64,000 nt of DNA from Chrysomallon squamiferum (Eukaryota > Animalia > Mollusca): NCBI GenBank assembly GCA_012295275.1, contig CM022678.1, positions 10,230,001 through 10,294,000 on the forward strand, in the 5' to 3' direction. The position numbers and the translations under genes were made by a program. The notes beneath the pieces were generated by a model. The model made no database searches. It was given only the letters and a program-made list of their open reading frames with translations, and was not told the DNA's origin. Below are positions 35,642 through 64,000 of this stretch, in pieces (the stretch's first letter is position 1; every line of letters begins with the position of its first letter).

Positions 35642-35916
35642 CTACATGGTTTTGTTTACCTCCTTGCATGCAATTTATTTATTTATTTATTTCCTTTGCT
35701 CTTCTCTCTGAACTATTTTCTCGTTCTACACTAACTTCTTCTAAATTTATTTTTGCCTCCTGTATTATAATGCTTCTGGGAAAAACTATGACTCAACTGT
35801 CATCTCACCTGTATCATTTTTCACAGAATTCGTCACGAACAAAAAATATCGAGGGTCATTATCAACAATAATTGTACATGAACGCAGAAACACAATGAGC
35901 CGATATTATTATTATT

Positions 35917-35983
<67 letters not shown>

Positions 35984-37165
35984 CTATTTTCTCGTTCGAC
36001 ACTAATTTTCTTCTAAATTTATTTTAACAAATTGCTGCTAAATACATCGCTTTATTATTGCTCTAGCGAACTGAAGAACAAAATTACTTATTACCTAATC
36101 TTTTCACTTAACTCGCATACATGTTTGCTGTGAGCAGTGACGTTATAAATTTTAGCTATTTGCTGGTTTATATTTACTTTCTTCCTAGGTTTTTTATTTG
36201 CCTAGTTTCTAGGTTTCATTCATTCTGTCTATCAATCTATCTATCTGTCTATTTCCAGATGGTTGATGGGTTTTATGTTAAGCTAGTTCGTTGTTTTATA
36301 TATCTGGTTCTCAAAGTGGCAAACGGCAATGTGACAACAAACAATGGTAAGAATTTCTCAGTGTCACGTTCAGCTGATGTTCTGACATTGAACTGGTTAA
36401 TGAAACACACCCAACTATTTTATAAAGTAAAAATCAGCTCACCAATTTAATGTGAAGATCACAAAAAGTAGAGACAAATTTCATAGAAATATTAATGTAT
36501 CTTATTATAAACCGCACATACTGAAAAAAACTATTCACTCTTTTCCCGTGTATTATCTCCTTTCTGGGAAAACCTGTGACTCAGCTGTCATGTGATCTAC
36601 TTTCTTTTTCACAGAACTCGTCACACACTAAAAATATCTACTGACATTATAAACAATTACCTTACATGAATGCAGAAACAGAATGAGAAACAAAAATAAA
36701 TAATAACAGCATCAACAGCAGCAATAATAGCAAAAAACAATAATAACAAAACAAAATGGAAAAAATAATAATAATAAAAATTAATCGATAAACAAATAAA
36801 TAAATAAACAAATAAATAAATAAATAAACCCGTCTTACTCTCAATAGGATTATTATTAGTAATATTAGAAACTTTCTATTTATATATATTGTTTCTGGGG
36901 AAAGCCATGACTCAGCTGGCATCTGACCTACATCTTTTTTTCAAAGAATTCGTCACTAACTAAAAATATCGAGAGTCAGTGTCGATCATTATCTTACGTA
37001 ACGTAGAAACACAATGAGAACGAAAAAAATCAATTAAAAAAATATTAAAATAATATTAATAACAACAACAGTAGCAATAATAGCAAAAAAGATAATAACA
37101 AAACAAATATAAAGAAAGAAATAAATAAAGATGTCTTACTCTCAGAAGGATTATTATTCTTATTA

Positions 37166-37230
<65 letters not shown>

Positions 37231-37235
37231 TTATT

Positions 37236-37303
<68 letters not shown>

Positions 37304-38074
37304 TGCTGCTGCTGCACAGCTTTATTTACATCCTTTCATTCAATTCATTTATTTATGTATGTATTTATTTAATTATTTATTTATTTACTTTGCTGATCTC
37401 TCTGCACTACTTTCTCGTTCGACACTAACTTCTTCTAAATTTATTTTAACAAATTTCTGCTAAATACATCGCTTTATTATTGCTCTAGCGAACTCAAGAA
37501 CAAAATTACTTATTACCTAATCTTTTCACTTAACTCGCATACATGTTTGTTGTGAGCAGTGACGTTGTAAATTTTATCTATTTGCTGGTTTACATTTACC
37601 TTCTTCTTCTAGCTTTCTTATTTGCCAAGTTTTCAGGTTTCATGATTAAGTGCTGGCTGGTTTATTTATTTATTTACCGACTTAACGCGAAGATCATAAC
37701 AAGGAAAGACAAATTTCACAAAAACATCGATGTCTTATTTTGAACCACACACACTGAATTAAACTATTCATTCTTTTCTCCTGCATTATCTTTTTTCTGG
37801 ATAAAATTATGACTTAACTGTCATGTGATCTACTTCCTTTTTCACAGAACTCGTCACACACTAAAAATATCTAGTGACATTGTCAACAATTACCTTACAT
37901 GAATGCCGAAACGGAATCAAAAACATAAACAAATAATAACAACAACAACATTAGCAATAATAGCAAAAACAATAAGAAAAAAAACTAATATAAATAAATA
38001 GATAAATAAATAAATAAATAAATAATAAAAAAATAAATTACTCTCAGAAGTATTATTATTATTAATGTTATAAT

Positions 38075-38170
<96 letters not shown>

Positions 38171-38412
38171 CTGCCTCTCTGTTACATGGTTTTATTTACC
38201 TCCTTGCATCTAATTTATTTATTTATTTATTTATTTATTTATATATTTATTTACTTTGCTCTTTTCTCTGAACTATTTTCTCGTTCTACACTAACTTCTT
38301 CTAAATTTATTTTTGCCTCCTGTATTATAATGCTTCTGGGAAAAACTATGACCCAACTGTCATCTGACCTGTATCTTTTTTCACAGAATTCGTCACGAAC
38401 TAAAACTATCGA
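34400..38412. repeat. Complex nested tandem duplication block
   Basis: About 34980-35880 recurs at about 37480-38410; 36050-36200 and 36430-36800 are further partial copies; 34520-34820 resembles 36290-36570. Confidence 0.8.
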
Positions 38413-38547
38413 GAGACTTAGACAGGGATATTTTATTAGTAATTACGTCACAGAAAAATCTGGACTTTCGCTAGAGTGAGGACTTACTCACTTTGACGAT
38501 GTAAAAGCAGACGACTCTGGCGAGGTTTACTCTATGTAACTGGTATT

Positions 38548-38657
38548 AACCAGTGACATTCAGTTATGAGAAAGTAAAACTAGTGACCAGTGACATTCAG
38601 TTATGAGAAAGTAAAACTAGTGACCAGTGACATTCAGTTATGAGAAAGTAAAACTAT
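38548..38657 (+). repeat. 37-bp minisatellite, 3 copies, upstream of IAP copy 3
   Basis: Same unit; donor GAG|GTAAAT at 38679. Confidence 0.92.
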
Positions 38658-39893
38658 TGACGGTTCCGGGATTTAGAGGTAAATTTTAATTAATTTATTT
38701 TTACAATAGATGAAAAGTATTTTAGCAAAAATTTTCCTTTTTTTTTAATTATATTTTATTTTTGCTTTGTTGTTTGTTTATTTTGTCATTTCATTGCCTT
38801 TGTTTTTCCTTAGCCAGAAAAAAAAAACAATTCCTGTGAAATACAGAAAAAACAGGTCGTGAAATTAATATAAAATATATAAATAAATAAATAAATTTAA
38901 GATTACAAACTAAATATAATTATTTAAAATTTGTGCACTTTGCTGTACAATCTGATAATCAGATAAAAATAAATTTGATTGTATCAAATGAGCGGAATTC
39001 ACTATATTTTGTTCATGATTAATTATTTGTAATAACAATTATCATTAATTTGTCAACATTTGACAGTTTTTTATTTATTTATTTACTATTTACCTATGTA
39101 AGTACTTACTTACTTACTAACTTCTCTTATTTTATCTTATCTTATCTTATTTTATTCCATTTTATTTATTCTATTTTATTCATTACATTTTATTTATTAT
39201 ACTTTAATTTATTATTTTATTTTACTTTATTTCATTTTATTTCATAAACAATTACTGACATATGTACGGATTTAGGTGCAGTCATAAATGTAAACTACAT
39301 ACGTATATGTTAGTTATTATTCGTTAATTCTTTAATTACGTCACAGTAGAAATCGTACACAGAGCAACTAATACAGAGTTTTACTTAATTCATAATGAAG
39401 TCGATTTCGGGACGTCACGATTTCTTTAATGTTTATATTGTTATTAGTCGACATCTTCAGACGTCACGTGCTTGATGACTTTCGTTCGCCTTTTCTTGAA
39501 TCGGGATCCTCACCCTTCTCGATGACTGGATCACTTTAGATTATTTTTTCTATAATGTCATTTAATGTTGAGCCGGGGGGGATCTTGAATCTCTCTGCCG
39601 TCAAATTCTTTTCTCGTCAGGATTTTTGAATACCAAATGCAATTTATTATTCATAGGTACTAAACAATGCTATAAGGTAATTCATATTTATCTTATTAAC
39701 AAACACAGAAATGCACACGCTGTATAACGTATGATACTCAAAGTTTCTGTTGGGATGTCTGTAAAGATTCATTCATTCAGCATCGTAAATTCGAGTAATT
39801 TCTTAGAAATATTTCTTATGTTCGTTGTTCATTTACATTGTTTCTTTTTCACTTTCAGACGTTAACACCAAACAAAACAAACAAAATCCTGTA

Positions 39894-40927
39894 ATGGCAG
39901 AAACCAGTGATTCGTCTTCTCCTTCAGTAAACGTCGTCACAGAAGCAGACAAAATAAAAAGGCGGTATGCTACATACAGAGGTTGGCATCGTAAAAAGCT
40001 TGCTCTCCAGCTAGCTATAGCCGGATTTAGGTATACTGGTGACGGGGACAGAGTGAAATGTGAAACTTGTGACGTGCAAGTGGACAACTGGTTGACGTCA
40101 TACCACGCCATTGAAACACATCGCAAACACTCTCCGAACTGCTCTTACATTAACAAGTGGTTTGGCGGGGAAAGTCAGACGACATCTGGAGGTGGTAGAA
40201 GCGAAGATAAGTCGAAAATTCCTCCGAAATACCCGTTATACAGGCTAAACAAAACAGGCTAGACAGTTATTTTGGGTGGCCTCTGAAATACGCACACCAA
40301 AGTCCCTCGTCCATGTCGGCAGAGGGTTTTTTCTACTTGGGATCAGCGGACAGAGCAAGATGTTTCCAGTGTGGTCTCACTCTCCGAGACTGGGACGAGG
40401 ACGATTTTCCACTGGACGCCCACATCACGTGGTCTCCCGACTGCCAGTTTGCTCAGCAGAGACAAGAACAAGCCAGACGCGGAGTATCATCAAGTAGTGA
40501 CGAGATAAATCCAGAATGCAATAAAATGTCTAACGCAACTGATAAAAACAACAACAAAGAACAACATTCTGAAAGGAAAACCGCAAACATCTTTGAAAAA
40601 ACGGCCGAAGCAGGTTCGACCGGAGATGCGCTCTGTAATGGAGGAAATACAAACACGAACCAATCCTGTATGGAAGTAAGAAACGACTCCGGTGTAACTG
40701 ATAGTGAAACAGGCACAGACGGCGCAGTGGGGGGCGTAGGTAACGATGATGACGTCATGTCGCGTGTACGCAGCACGATGATAGACGCTGTGTTGGAGTT
40801 TGGGTGCACTATAGAAAGTGTAAGGAAGGCAATTCAGCTAGAGAGGCACAGAAACGGAAGGAATTTTCCTAACGCAGAATCGCTGTATGCAGCCGTTCTA
40901 GACATTGAGGAATCAGATACTGTTTAA
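39894..40927 (+). pseudogene. IAP copy 3, split by a net -1 frameshift at about 40240 into a BIR1-only ORF (39894-40262) and a BIR2/UBA ORF (40313-40927)
   Basis: Aligns end to end with copies 1 and 2. GAGAACTACCAAAAC is replaced by AGGCTAAACAAAAC (1 nt shorter). The upstream promoter is truncated and the TATA is changed to TGTAAAAG. Confidence 0.85.
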
Positions 40928-41673
40928 TTAACTTATTTATTTATATTACTTTTGTAATTTGAAGAATCATATTACTGTATAAACTTTAATATTATTTATT
41001 TTTATGTTTAATATTGTTTCGGTAATTTAAAGATTCAGATAAGTGTTGAGACATTTAAAATGTTTGTGTAATAAAAAAAAGTTTATGTTTTAATCAAATA
41101 ATTTCTCGTCATGCACATGTTGTTACTTTGATTGGTTTGTTCATCGACATCATCATCATCATCATTGTTGGTGTGCTTGTTTGTTTTGTTTGCTTGTTGT
41201 TTCAGTCTTATATATAGATATATATATATATATATAGATGCACACTCATACTATTAATAATGTTTGTCTTAAGATTGTTCCTAATTGATTTATCGTGTAG
41301 AAGATGCAGCACAGAATTAAACACATAAGCTCAGATGATGAACTGTATTTAAACCACGCTAGAACAATAACATACGAACAATTGTTTTGCACTTAGTTTG
41401 GTAAACACCAATTTGATATCCTCCAGGTTATCTTTTTTTATCATTCCAGCTTTAATTTTATTCATTCTAACACAGGCTCTAATCAAACGTTATGGTCATT
41501 TTTGGTAGGCAGGAAGTAAATATAACAACTCGTCTATATTATTTTTGCCTTCATTTACACTGACAAACTTTAACCATTCCCAGCCTTGGTCGAGATAAAA
41601 ACAAATCAAAAGAGACAGGCATGAAGTCCTTTAACATTTTCAATACTGTTTTCTTTTCTTCTTTATTTCTTTC

Positions 41674-41713
<40 letters not shown>

Positions 41714-42484
41714 TTGACTGGTATGGAAAAAAGATAACGCAATTCGAAATTTCTTTGTTGAAAGTCTGCGCAAATGAGCAGAGTAGCGAGCATGCGCAGA
41801 TGGACATAATGATAAGCATGAGTAGACAGGAATTATGGTATTCTTCTCATGCAGCCTGTTTAAAATGCCCGTCAGTAAATAAAATTAACAATCGCAGTAA
41901 CTAAATATGTAATTTAAAAGTGAATTATAATAATAATAATAATAATAATAATATTTAACTCAAAAACTAACTGTTCCCATGACTAGATCATTAATTTAAA
42001 ACTTTAACTATTACAATAATAAAATACTGAACTTAAAACATTTACTCTGTGTGTGTGTGTGTGTGTTCGCATATGTATATGTATGTGTATGAGTGTGTAT
42101 ACATACATATATATACATCGGGTAAAAATAACACTGAGGGGCTTCTGAAGTCACGATTCTTCCTACTTCTATGCTTCACTAATTTTGAAAGAGGAAAATT
42201 AATGTCTGGTGTTATATTTCTGACACAGTCTCTGTTTATCTTGCAAAACGAGTTTACTTTTTCTGGTAAGATAAACTTTTCTATAAAAGAAAACACGAGT
42301 CGGAGAATGATGGGGAGACGGGACGTAAAAGTACGTTCTATATTAAGTTAAAAATAAAATTAATAAGTTATTTCGTAATGCTATGGTTCAGTGAATGTCG
42401 CTGGATATGAAGGCTTTTAATTCATATTATTCGGTAATTTTCAGCACAATCTTTGTGTACAACAATGTTTCATTCCCCCGCAGG

Positions 42485-42524
<40 letters not shown>

Positions 42525-42659
42525 ATGTATGTAACACATATAATATATATAAATACATTCACACAGATGCACACAAAAATGTATATCACAACAACTCACT
42601 TTACCATGCAATGAAACGATGAAAGAAGAAAAGTTTATTCTAGAAGATCTCTCTCTCTC

Positions 42660-42753
<94 letters not shown>

Positions 42754-42934
42754 GTTTGTACCTGTATCTTTATATCCATCTGTTTCTCCTATATATCCAT
42801 ACATGTATAATTATATATCTATATCTGTCCATTTATCTTTGTATCTATCTACATATCTATCAATCAATATATATATATATATGTATATATATTTATATAC
42901 AGAGAGACAGAGAGACAGAGACAGACAGGCTGAC

Positions 42935-42973
<39 letters not shown>

Positions 42974-43075
42974 GTATATATTTGATTATACAAGCATCAT
43001 ACATATTATATATTTTCACACATACATATACACACGTTCGTATAATTTATCTATCTTTCTATATAGACAAATATA

Positions 43076-44389
43076 TACTCTCCCAAAAAAGAAACGCAAA
43101 ATGGTTGATTTCTTAGATAACTATTGTAAACTGACACATATCGAAACACATTTACCAAAAAGCAGGTAACACAAAATAAAGGCTATGGTCGTGTTTATTA
43201 GCCAAAACGTTCCCGCATGCAAACCACGTTACCAGTGCATGTGCACACTATATAAAAATACAATATAAAAAGGCAAGGTTTTCGAATACTTATGTTCGTT
43301 ATTGTTGTTCTGACCGAACATCAAACAAATGCCACGACTGAGTGAACCGCAACGAAACAACGCCATCGGCTGTTTACAAGCTGGCGAATCCTTCTCGGCC
43401 GTAGCCCGGGTGTTCCATGTATCCCCAAGCACCATCTTGAGATTGTGGTATCGATTCCAGCAACACCAAACAACACGTGACCGTCCCAGATCAGGTAGAC
43501 CACGTGTAATCAATCACCAGGACCCAGGACCGCTACATTCGGGTACTTCATCTGTGGGAAAGAACCACCATGGCAACCTCTACTGCTTCAGCAATACCAG
43601 GTCTGCGTAGAATATCTGCTCAGACAGTGCTCAAGTGCTCAAGTGCCTGGTGTCAGTTACGATGAAGAACTGTCTGGTTTAGTGACGAGGCTCGATTTCT
43701 GCTTCGTCGAGCTGATGGAAGATGTCGAGTTTACAGACGTCGTGGTGAACGTTTTACTGCAAACTGCATACAGGAATCGGACAGATTTGGCAGTGGTATC
43801 GTGTAAGCAGCAATCTCATACACTGGCAGGACCAACCTGGTTCACATCCAAGGCAACTTAACGGCACAGATGAAATTTTGCAGCCACATGTCGCTTATAT
43901 GAATAATGGTAACGTTGTAATCCAGCACGACAATGTGAGACCACATACAGCCAGACTCAAAGAAGCGTACCTACACAACAATAGCATTCAGATCCTGTCA
44001 TGACCCTCATAATCTCCGGATTTGAACCTTATAGAGCATTTATGGGACGATTTGGATAAACGACTGAGGCAGCATCAACCACAGCCACAGAATCGTGCTC
44101 AGTTGGCATTATTACTACACACAGAGTGGGCCACCATTCCACAAGGTATAATTCATAATGTCATTACTGCCATGGGAAGGAGATGTCAGGCAGTTCTGGA
44201 GAACATAAGATATCGATATTATACTGTTATAACCTTGAACTTTAACCTTTTCAATGTAATACCATCAGTATTAATGAACTGCGAAAGTGTGTGTAAAATG
44301 TGAACATTCTGCTGCTTTCTGTTGATCCATTAGATAGATATTCCCAATGTCAATAAAATCTACTTTTGCGTTTCTTTTTTGTTGGAGTA
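43076..44389 (+). mobile_element. Tc1/mariner DNA transposon, full length with decayed DD34E-type transposase
   Basis: TIRs TACTCTCCCAAAAAAGAAACGCAAAA / TTTTGCGTTTCTTTTTTGTTGGAGTA inside TA runs. Paired-like HTH MPRLSEPQRNNAIG..RSGRPR at 43329; QHDNVRPH and SPDLNLIEHLWD motifs; several frameshifts and stops. Confidence 0.92.
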
Positions 44390-44761
44390 TATATATACAC
44401 ACATGCTCACTTACATGTACACACAAATAATTGCTTTACTTTACAATATATACTATGAACAGAGCGATATCCATGTCGGTCCGAGTGATGTCAGATGAAA
44501 CCAAAAAAAACAAAATAAAAAAAAAAATTAAAAAAAGACCAGAGGTGTTTTCACGCATGGTGTATGTTTCATAATGTCGAAGCGGCCTAATATTCCTGTC
44601 GTTATAATTCGTAGCATTGCTTAACTCTACCAGGTTTCTTCCTGGTCTGACAAAGAGGTAAACAGTCACGTGTGATATTTTATCGTTGTGAAAAGCAATC
44701 TAGTTCATTTGACCAAGTGCGCTTCTTTATCTAAACATATAGTTTAGATTATCGAGTCAAG

Positions 44762-55891
<11,130 letters not shown>

Positions 55892-55999
55892 TTAGTCATC
55901 CAAGTATTATACGAGAGGTATTTCTAATTAGATATTGTTATTTATAACGTATTAATATAGAAAATGAATATATGATTGTAACTATTTACTTGTATACCT

Positions 56000-56096
<97 letters not shown>

Positions 56097-57264
56097 GTAT
56101 GTATATATCTATATCTCTACATCTGTTTTGTGACACGGTGTAACGGATGTATTTGTGTGTTTATGTATATTTATATATGTATATATATAAGTGTATATAT
56201 ACACACACACACACAAACACACACACATATGTATATATCTGTTTGTATATTTAATATATCAGTGTATCTATCAGTCTACCTGTTTGTTTATATTTATCTA
56301 TATCTCACTATCTATACGTCTGGTGTGTATGTACGTCTGTCTTTCCATCTTTTTGTTTGCCTGTATATATCTATCTTGCATATATCTACAATCTCTCTTT
56401 CATTATCTGTCTGTGTGACTAAAAATCTTTCAAACTATCTGTCTGGTTTTTTTTTTTTTTGGTCTGTCTGGATATCTACTTATGTATGTACCTATCTATC
56501 TATCTTTCTTTATGTTTATATTTCTATCTAGCGATCTCTCTATTTCTGTCTCTCTGTCTTTATGTCTGTCTGGATATCTATTTGACCCTACATCTGTCAC
56601 TCGATCCATGTGTCTATAAATCTATCAGTGTCTTTCATTAATGAGGTTCTTTCTATATATTATATTATATTAAAGTATATTACATTATATTACATTATAT
56701 TATATTATATTATATAACATTATATTATATTCTTTACTTTCAGGTCAACTGAAAAGAGAGGCATGAAGGATAATTCGTAAACATCACTCATTTATTTTTC
56801 AAGTTAACTACGTACAAATAGAAATCATAGTTATTACCTGCTGCATTAAACAAATTGATTATTGTTTTGTTTTTTCACGCTAAATCACATACTTTTTTAT
56901 GTAGCCATTTGATATAAACGGCTTTGAATGTATATATTAATATAGCAATTTAAATAAATACCTAAAGTTATTATAATTATAACATAGGAGACACATATAT
57001 TTTCTTTTTGCAAGTATTGGTTTACACAACATTCGTAATTAATTATAGTCTTGTGTGGATAAATATATACTATATAAACCTGTACCCAATATACTATCTG
57101 TGATATAATCAAGGACTCAGTTATGATATGGTTATGGGAAGATAATATTTATGATATATTAAACAAGTTTACATTTATTTTTAACGTTTGACTGAATAGA
57201 TAACTACACATGAATATTTTGTTAAAGACGGTTATAACAAGCAAATAGTTTCATAATGATGTAC

Positions 57265-57475
57265 ATGGAGAAGAAACCTCGGTCGCCTCCCTCATAGGTT
57301 ACACTTTTTTATAATTGGCAGCAAGGCTTATTTTATATCAACTGTTTTTCTTGTTAAATCAGTCATTTGCTCTGCCTGGATCTTGATGTAGCTTTCTGTG
57401 ACAGCAGTAAAGATCAGTAATACAATGTGTGAGAGCTAAGACCGACGCTCTAACCACTGGACTACATACATCTTT
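57265..57475 (-). mobile_element. Degenerate tRNA-derived SINE relic in the gene B 3' region (homolog at about 6780-6990)
   Basis: Minus strand GTAGTCCAGTGGTTAGAGCGTCGGTC resembles a tRNA 5' end/A-box. The adjacent block is conserved in the gene A copy. Confidence 0.35.
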
Positions 57476-57514
57476 TTGAGACGTTACAAAATAGAATTAT
57501 GCTTGTAAATAGTG

Positions 57515-57609
<95 letters not shown>

Positions 57610-58084
57610 AGTTTGTTTATATTACATGGCCTGTATTAATCAGATTGTTTCTAATTATTTTTCTGTGTTGTGGAATTTTGTTATAAGGAATTAACAATTT
57701 ATAATAAATCATAAGCTTGAGACAAATTGGTCTTTTCTTCTTCTTCTTCTACAATTTAAAAAAAAAAAAGTCATATGGCTTAGTAAATTTTTGTAATAAT
57801 TTTATTAATAATCTTTATTTGATATCCTAACAATTTTTCGGTGTGTTTATAAACGTATATATTATTTGGAAAAAAGCAGAAAACCAAAAAAAGCAGAAAT
57901 TTAAAAATCTGAATAACTTTATATCTGACGTCTGTTAGAAGCTAATAAGGAATTAGAATTTATAAAATTTGAACATTGCCCATTCAGTATGGTACCTGTG
58001 ATGCCTAAATATTAGATTTCTTTAATATTCCTAAACATTTTGTGACTTAAGCAAATATTAGCAATAGAGATTAGTAATTTTCTC

Positions 58085-58520
58085 TCTACTTAACCAAAAA
58101 CGTTTTGCAAGTTTTCGTAAATGACTGTTGCTTGCATGTAAATTAAGATAAAGTGATAAAGCTTGGTAATACGTTAGTTGCGTATGTCCTGCAATTTGGG
58201 GTATTGAAAATAGCGCAATTTGTCATATCGCACGCCGCACTGTATACTGCACGTGCAAACGCGGTGCTCTCGAGCTGTCGCAGAAGCACGTGCAATACAG
58301 ATGTATTGAAATCACATTTTGATGCACTTAACCAACACTACTCAAAAACAAAAGGAAGAATTTACACTGTTATAATGGGTCGCCGTGCAGGCTTAACTCA
58401 AGATCAACGTCATCAAGCAATATGACGACTTAACAATGTCGCTCAGTACTTTCGTGTTCATGACGATACATACCACGACTCCGACAACGAGCACATCAAA
58501 ACCAGCAAGTGGGAGATCGA
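58085..58520 (+). mobile_element. 5' fragment of a second Tc1-like element
   Basis: MGRRAGLTQDQRHQAI* then VAQYFRVH resembles a Tc1 HTH start. The segment begins where homology to the gene A 3' region stops. Confidence 0.55.
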
Positions 58521-58544
58521 TTAATATATCTAACTATCTATCTA

Positions 58545-58589
<45 letters not shown>

Positions 58590-58970
58590 CATACACACAC
58601 ACACATATATAATGATATAAAATGATATTTCATGCACATGATACAACAGTGGAAATTTCTTATTTCTCGGAAACCTATGACTCTAATACTGGAGAAAAAA
58701 TATAACACAGAAAGTGCTGAAATGTACTGAGTAATACATGCATGAATTGAAAATCCTCATATTCAAGCTCATTCACCGATTCATAGAATTACGAAGAAAA
58801 CCTTGTTACTTTTATTTTTAGCTGAATGCGGGACGTGCTATATTATAATACAGATATATAATCAAGCTCAGTAAAGCATACAAACAGGAAGAAACGTGAC
58901 TTCAGAAGGTTAAGTCGTTTCTCCCGATGTATGATGTGTGTGTATATGTGTGTGTGTGTTTATATATCAG

Positions 58971-59498
58971 ATAAACCTTTCTATAAATGAAAATTCGAGT
59001 CACACAAAAATGGGAATTTCACCGCAAAAGTATATTATGTACGTCCAATATTACTTAAATATATATATGTAGTATGTATGTATGTATGTATGTATGTATG
59101 TATGTATGTATGTATGTATGTATGTATGCATGTATGTATGTATGTATGTACGTATGTATGTACTTATATGTTACACAGGAGTTTGTCCTGATGAAAACAC
59201 TATATATATTGTATAAGAATAAACCTATTTGAAGTAAAACAAATTCATTAAAAGTAGTTTAATTTACAATATATATATATATATATACATACATATATAT
59301 ATATATAGTGTTTTCATCAGAACAAACACCTGTGTAACATAAACATACATACATACATACATACACACATACATACATATATACATACATACATACTACA
59401 TATATATATTTAAGTCAGTATTGGATGTACATAATATACTTTTGCGGTGACATTCCCATTTTTGTGTGAGTCGAAATTTCATTTATAAAAAAGTTTAT
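58971..59498. repeat. Long inverted repeat (foldback/MITE-like), arms of about 200-240 bp
   Basis: About 58971-59208 is the reverse complement of about 59297-59498, including (TATG)n/(CATA)n tracts. Confidence 0.88.
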
Positions 59499-59662
59499 AT
59501 GATCATAAAAATTATACTCGTCTTACAAGATAGAGACTGTAACAGAAATATGATACATTAATGTTTTCTTTTTCAAGCTCTGTAAAACATGGAAACTTCA
59601 GAAGGTTATTGTTCTCTGATGCACACACACACATATATATCGACATATATATAAATACATAC

Positions 59663-59714
<52 letters not shown>

Positions 59715-59774
59715 GAATGTATACATACACATACATACACTCACACAAATGCACACATAAATGTATATCCCAAC

Positions 59775-59855
<81 letters not shown>

Positions 59856-60158
59856 ATATTATATATCAGTGTATTTATATAATGTAAAAACAGATCGAAA
59901 ATGCTACTGAAGTCCTTTCTATTGACAGCTACTATTGTACAGCATATCGTATGTTTTCTCGCATTCTGTATGTTTTATAATGTCGAAGCGACCTAATAAT
60001 TCTTTCGTTATTTTTCATGACATTACTTAATTCGATCACGTTTTTTACCGGTCCAACGATTATGTCAAGAGTCACGTGTGATATTTCATCCTTGTTAAAA
60101 ACACAGCACTTTCTTTCACATGGTGCGCTTTTTTATCTAAATATACAGTTTAGTCAAG

Positions 60159-63998
<3,840 letters not shown>

Positions 63999-64000
63999 GT

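Noticed and set aside
57440-57475. tRNA gene
   Set aside because: Only an A-box-like 5' portion is present, with no full cloverleaf or B-box.

Overview
AT-rich, microsatellite-dense eukaryotic (invertebrate, most plausibly molluscan; inferred) DNA holding an apparent innate-immune gene cluster. Two paralogous multi-exon type-I membrane receptor genes (signal peptide, CUB, Ig repeats, TM, multi-tyrosine tail) sit divergently as a large inverted duplication. Gene A is on the minus strand (7.9-16.7 kb; CUB + 3 Ig; frameshifted). Gene B is on the plus strand (44.8-55.9 kb; CUB + 5 Ig; intact; ends in an ITAM-like YxxL-x9-YxxL). A third paralog with two CUB domains starts at about 60.2 kb and runs off the window. 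Between A and B lies a tandem array of three single-coding-exon BIR-BIR-UBA, RING-less IAP genes (two intact, one split). Each has a 37-bp minisatellite (5, 8 and 3 copies) in its predicted 5' leader; nearly every unit encodes a Met-Arg-Lys-stop uORF overlapping an ISRE-like motif. Copies 1 and 2 also have a STAT/AP-1/TATA promoter, which copy 3 has largely lost. Also present: dead receptor fragments, a TRIM-type RING relic, Tc1 and hAT/Buster transposon relics, foldback elements and many simple repeats. All gene models were built by hand from translation and GT-AG sites; no database search was run.
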